NCBI GenBank assembly: GCA_977016875.1
Contig: CDRNST010000007.1
Span: 2,232,001-2,296,000, forward strand
Source: Pavona decussata
Taxonomy: Eukaryota
DNA: 64,000 bases
Direction: 5' to 3'
The translations under genes and the position numbers were made by a program. Of this stretch, positions 60,018 to 64,000 are shown one piece after another; position 1 is the first letter of the stretch; every line of letters begins with the position of its first letter. Below the pieces are notes generated by a model, which was given only the letters and a program-made list of their open reading frames with translations, did not search any database and had not been told where the DNA came from.

Positions 60018-61581
60018 TCTAAAATAGTGGAAGTTATTTGATGGGGGGATTCACGTGCTAAAAGATTCATTGCAGATTTTGGGGTGACAAAGGAAAAAAT
60101 CATTATTAAACAGGATGTCTTCGAATTCTGGCCCTGGCTGTTTCTGAGTGGATGCCATTAAATTTTAAGTAAGATAACCGAATAAAGCAGCTGCTATACC
60201 CCTTCTATTATCAGATGATAAGCAAACGATAAAATTGATGTGCACTTCTACGGCGGACAGGGGGTATCCCGGTTTAGCAAATTGTTTGCAAAGGACAATG
60301 GATTCTTCAAACAGTAGCCTAACTGCTGGTTGACATGTTGTCGGAAAATGGACGAGAGAGCGAAGCCGTCACTCACAACTAGCATATAGCCTGACATTTT
60401 AGACACACTTGGAACAATGTTTCCGCACCTTGACTGCCATCCAAACTCATGAAATTCTAAATCAAGCGACGAATCGTTTTCGCGTCAGTATAGCAGACAA
60501 ATAGTCGAATTTGAAATGACATCTGACGTGACTCTTTCTCTTTTCTTTCAGAAATATAAACCACCTTTCTACCTTCCATCTTTAAACAATGAAAACTCTG
60601 TAATCTTAAATGCCGATTACAGAATTTCTTTGACGAAACGAATTAATTTGTTCGAGTTCATTTGTTGGAAACTGTTCCTTAGCAAGTTGAAAATTGTGAC
60701 ATTTATGAACGAAGATTCAAATTCAAATGCTGCTTTTTCGCCAACAAATGCACCAGTTTAACTACATGTAAATAATGATTTAATTATGCTATGGTGTAAA
60801 TATTCGACTTCCTGCGCTCAATATTTTACTCATTCTCACTCCCTCACTCCATTGTCAGTACAAATCGTTAGCAAGAAGAAACAGGCTTGTTAACAAGTAG
60901 TCTTTTATAGAAAATTCCAGCATTTCAGAATAACGTGACATTTCATATTCAAGTTTCCATATTTCTAGTGACTTCAGCTGGCTGTTTGTCTGCTAAAGTA
61001 AAACTCCAAAAAAACCTTCTTTCTCTACAACTCACAAGTGGTTGTTTTTAAACTGCGGCTTTGACAACAGAAATATACAGCATCTAGAGACTACAGGAAT
61101 GAGGCATTTTCTAAAGTAAACGGCGAAGTGTCGGATGGTGCAGGAAACTATAAATTTTATACAACCGGTATACTATCTTGAAAAGTTCCCGGTCATTCAA
61201 TTTTTTAGTTTCCCCGAAGAGACGAGTAATATTTTTTAGAGGATTTTGAAGAGAATAACGTTTTGCATACAAATCTGCTAAAGAGCATTGAGAGCATTGA
61301 GTGTTGATATTGAGACCTATTGTAGTAAACATTAAGGCTGGTAGTTAAGGCTTCTCAGCAGTAAACTTGGTTCACATTCTGTTCACAATAGTATAATGTC
61401 TTGAAGATAGGTAAAAGTTAATTTTTATCCTACCGGCCCCTGTTATTATTTAGTAGCTTGCATGATCTCGAGGTACCCTAAGTTGTACCGCTTTATCCTG
61501 TGTTATCGATTGTGTTTCTGTGTGTAGTGAGTAAACATTTCATTAGGAAGAAGTCAATGAAGCTGTTCTATTATGCATTGT

Positions 61582-61747
61582 AGGGCCAAACAGCGCGTAC
61601 GCAGTCCAGCCCAACTAACAAAAATTTCACACCGTGCACCCAAGGTCTGGGGAACACGCAGGATTCAGCCTTCTTAGAGTGCAATGAAGGCCGAAACCAG
61701 GGAGCACTGCCTTCGTGATCACAGTGACTCCAGTGCTCTGTAAGTAT
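61582..61747 (-). ncRNA. U1: Variant U1 snRNA, copy 2 (5' AUACUUACAGA), inverted paralog of copy 1
   Basis: Reverse complement of 51295-51461 with few changes; canonical U1A loop ATTGCACTC; Sm site; TATA at -31 (61778). Confidence 0.9.
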
Positions 61748-61957
61748 AAGAAATGCGCGCTTTGTTCAGGCTTTTATACCCTGACAATCACCACAGTGTT
61801 ATGGGAACTCGCTTGGCACCATATGCTCTATAAACAGCCATCTATCTGCTGTTAAATGGCCAATAAAAAGAGGTACTGAGCGTTTACGCTGCAACTAGCT
61901 GAACTACGCATGTGTAATGTTGACACTAAAGTGTGGTGTGGGATATGAGGTCACGTG
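61748..61957 (-). promoter_or_regulatory. Promoter of variant U1 copy 2
   Basis: TATA 61772-61778, PSE-like 61795-61826, CCAAT 61860-61864, 15-bp exact motif 61904-61918, CACGTG 61952-61957. Confidence 0.75.
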
Positions 61958-62248
61958 ATTAGTGAAGGTTTTTTTTTTTTTCATGTTAAAATTGTAACTT
62001 TTAACCTTTTAAAATTCGCCAACCAAAGGTACTACCTTGATTTATCACACAATTTTCTGAAATTAAAAGAAAACCCCATTTTCGGAAATTATTGAGCGCT
62101 CATAGTGCCATAGGGGAATTAATATTTTGTGCATCCGGATATTTAGTTTATATAGACTATAATTAAGAATTTTGTAAAGGATGAGATTTTTGTTTACTTT
62201 TTCCTTTGTTAACTTTGTCAAAAAGTGTCTTAGGTTAAGTCGTGGATA

Positions 62249-62292
62249 GCACTACCCTCGTGATCACAGTGGCTCCAGTACATTGTAAGTAT
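62249..62292 (-). pseudogene. 3'-truncated variant U1 fragment (5' arm + SL1 only)
   Basis: Minus strand reads ATACTTACAATGTACTGGAGCCACTGTGATCACGAGGGTAGTGC; no SL2-SL4, no TATA. Confidence 0.75.
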
Positions 62293-62524
62293 GACAAATC
62301 AGGATTTAATTAAGCAACTTATATACCATTCAACCATCTAGGATGATATGGGATTTATTTTATGCAATGTAGAAAGATCACGCAAATTTTTCATCCATTC
62401 ATTTTGAAAAGGGAAGGAGATCCTTTTCGCTTTTTTCCTGTCCTTCTAGTCGTTGACTTAATATTAATAATACTTAATACTTGTAACGCGCATTTTAACA
62501 TGACGTGATGATCAATTTATTTAA

Positions 62525-62880
62525 TTGAATTCAATTTCTTTAATTCAATTTATTTCACAACTACAACGACAATTTATATGTGCCAAAATCCAAAAGCCTC
62601 TAAGGCGCTTTGCGAAAGTTAGAAAAATTCATCACAAGTGCTAAAAATGTGTACAAAAAATTGTTCAAACATGCGGAAATTAACTAGATATTAAGTAAAT
62701 TTTCGTTTAAAAATAAACGTTTTTAACTCATTTTTTAAAAATATTAACTGAAGAACAGTTCCTTAATTCAATGGGTAAAGAGTTCCTTAATTTAGGAGCA
62801 CAGACAAAGAACACTCTGTTTCCATAACTCTTCAAATCAGGGAAAGGAGTAACTAATAGTTTTAAAGAAGACCTCTCTCT
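62525..62880 (-). mobile_element. 3' end of an L2-type LINE
   Basis: Minus strand translates LKSYGNRVFFVCAPKLRNSLPIELRNCSSVNIFKK*VKTFIF, then aataaa and a short (ttgaa) tail. Confidence 0.7.
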
Positions 62881-63382
62881 GGGTTTCATTTTCGCCGCTT
62901 TTAACTACTCCGTGGCTTGATCATCTATCCACTTCTTGGACTTACTTTCAGCATTTTTTTTTTTTCATTATTTTGCCTAACTCGCTGTATCTAATCTTTG
63001 TTTCCTCTGCACCCAAATGGTCTCTGACTATTTTAGCGCCTCTTCTCTGTGGTCTGGAAGGCTTTCTGTCACTTTCTGGGCTTTTCCACTTCCAATGCTA
63101 GGTCTTTCTTCTCATGTCCTACAGTGTCTTTTGCTGCTTTATTTACCTTTTTTCTTTACCTAAAACCACCCTGACAGAACGCTTTAGACATCATTGATCC
63201 CAGTGGTATGGAGGAGGCGTGTCATATGAACCAAGCAAACAATTTCTAGTCTGAAAGACAAGGATTGAAATCCTCTTATCAACAACAGCCTAAGAGAGGA
63301 TCGAAACGCACCAATCAACACAAACCAAGGTGCTACTTATACTGTTACGCAATCAGTTGACACCATCGCCTGATGAAGACCA

Positions 63383-63800
63383 GGGGGCCGTTTCTCGAAA
63401 GTCCCGGTAACTTACCGGGCCCGGTAAGTTTATTTTTAAATGTTTTTTCGCCGGTTACACAATGATTAAAGACATGGTACTCGGCCAATGTTTTCACAGA
63501 ATTATAAGATTTTAAAATTTAATTAAAGTTACCGGGACTTTCGAGAAATGGGCCCCAGGGCCGGGTTGTTCGAAAGCCGATTACCGCTAATCCACGATTA
63601 AAAGTTAATCGAGGTTTTCAACTCGTTCATTAAAGATGATGTTAAAGTTTCATTTTAATCTGATGGTAAAGAATAGTCTAAGGCAAAACTGAGCGACAAA
63701 AATCTTTTGGATAAATCCTTACGGATTAGTAAATATACTCGAATCAATATTCATGTAACCCAAGATTTGCTTTATCGGGCTTTGAACCATTCGGCCCAGC
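63383..63800. mobile_element. Two abutting MITEs (63383-63556 and 63556-63800)
   Basis: ggggccgtttctcgaaagtcccggtaact/agttaccgggactttcgagaaatgggcccc, then cagggccgggttgttcgaaagccg/gctttgaaccattcggcccag. Confidence 0.8.
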
Positions 63801-64000
63801 AGTATTCTCGGTTTTCACTGCCACGCCATTGAAAAAAAGAATCGAAACCATTCCATGAATGAAGTCAAGAAATTGACATGGTATAGAGGATAAATAAATA
63901 AGGCATCTGTTCAAGTGTCAGGTCTCTGCGGCATTCCGTACTCGAGTTATTTGACAAAATGTTCCACATAAATTTATAGAGCTTAGTATGGAGACGCCAT

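Noticed and set aside
51216-61826. ~250-bp inverted repeats 10 kb apart as TIRs of a large transposon
   Set aside because: The repeats are U1 genes plus promoters; no TSD or transposase seen.
63190-63385. Possible PLE tail with partial hammerhead (ctgatgaagacc)
   Set aside because: Cut by a MITE before any GAAA half; too little to support.

Overview
Eukaryotic, intron-rich, repeat-rich genomic DNA. It is animal; the MITE and retroelement types look anthozoan/stony-coral-like, which is an inference. There are three assembly gaps. (1) 1-50 kb, + strand: a tandem cluster of secreted EF-hand genes, which the ORF track mostly misses because they are spliced. It contains the last exon of an upstream paralog (253-278), a pseudogene (6972-9450) and an intact 163-aa signal-peptide/pro-peptide/4xEF-hand gene (13876-18171). 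It also contains a predicted 12-exon, 692-aa chimeric gene (29746-49587): signal peptide + 4 nearly identical F5/8 type C (discoidin) domains in ~3.5-kb tandem duplications + Pro linker + an EF-hand pair homologous to the neighbour. (2) 51-62 kb: a cluster of three full-length variant U1 snRNA genes plus one fragment. They keep the U1 cloverleaf, U1-70K/U1A loops, Sm site and TATA-containing promoters. All three full copies replace the canonical 5' splice-site recognition arm ACUUACCUG with ACUUACAG, which predicts pairing to CU|GUAAGU rather than AG|GUAAGU. This is the most striking finding. (3) Many mobile elements: Penelope-like elements with hammerhead-like motifs, a Gypsy-type LTR/gag stub, LINE fragments, and MITEs with TIRs/TSDs. 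All gene models were read by eye and lack transcript support.
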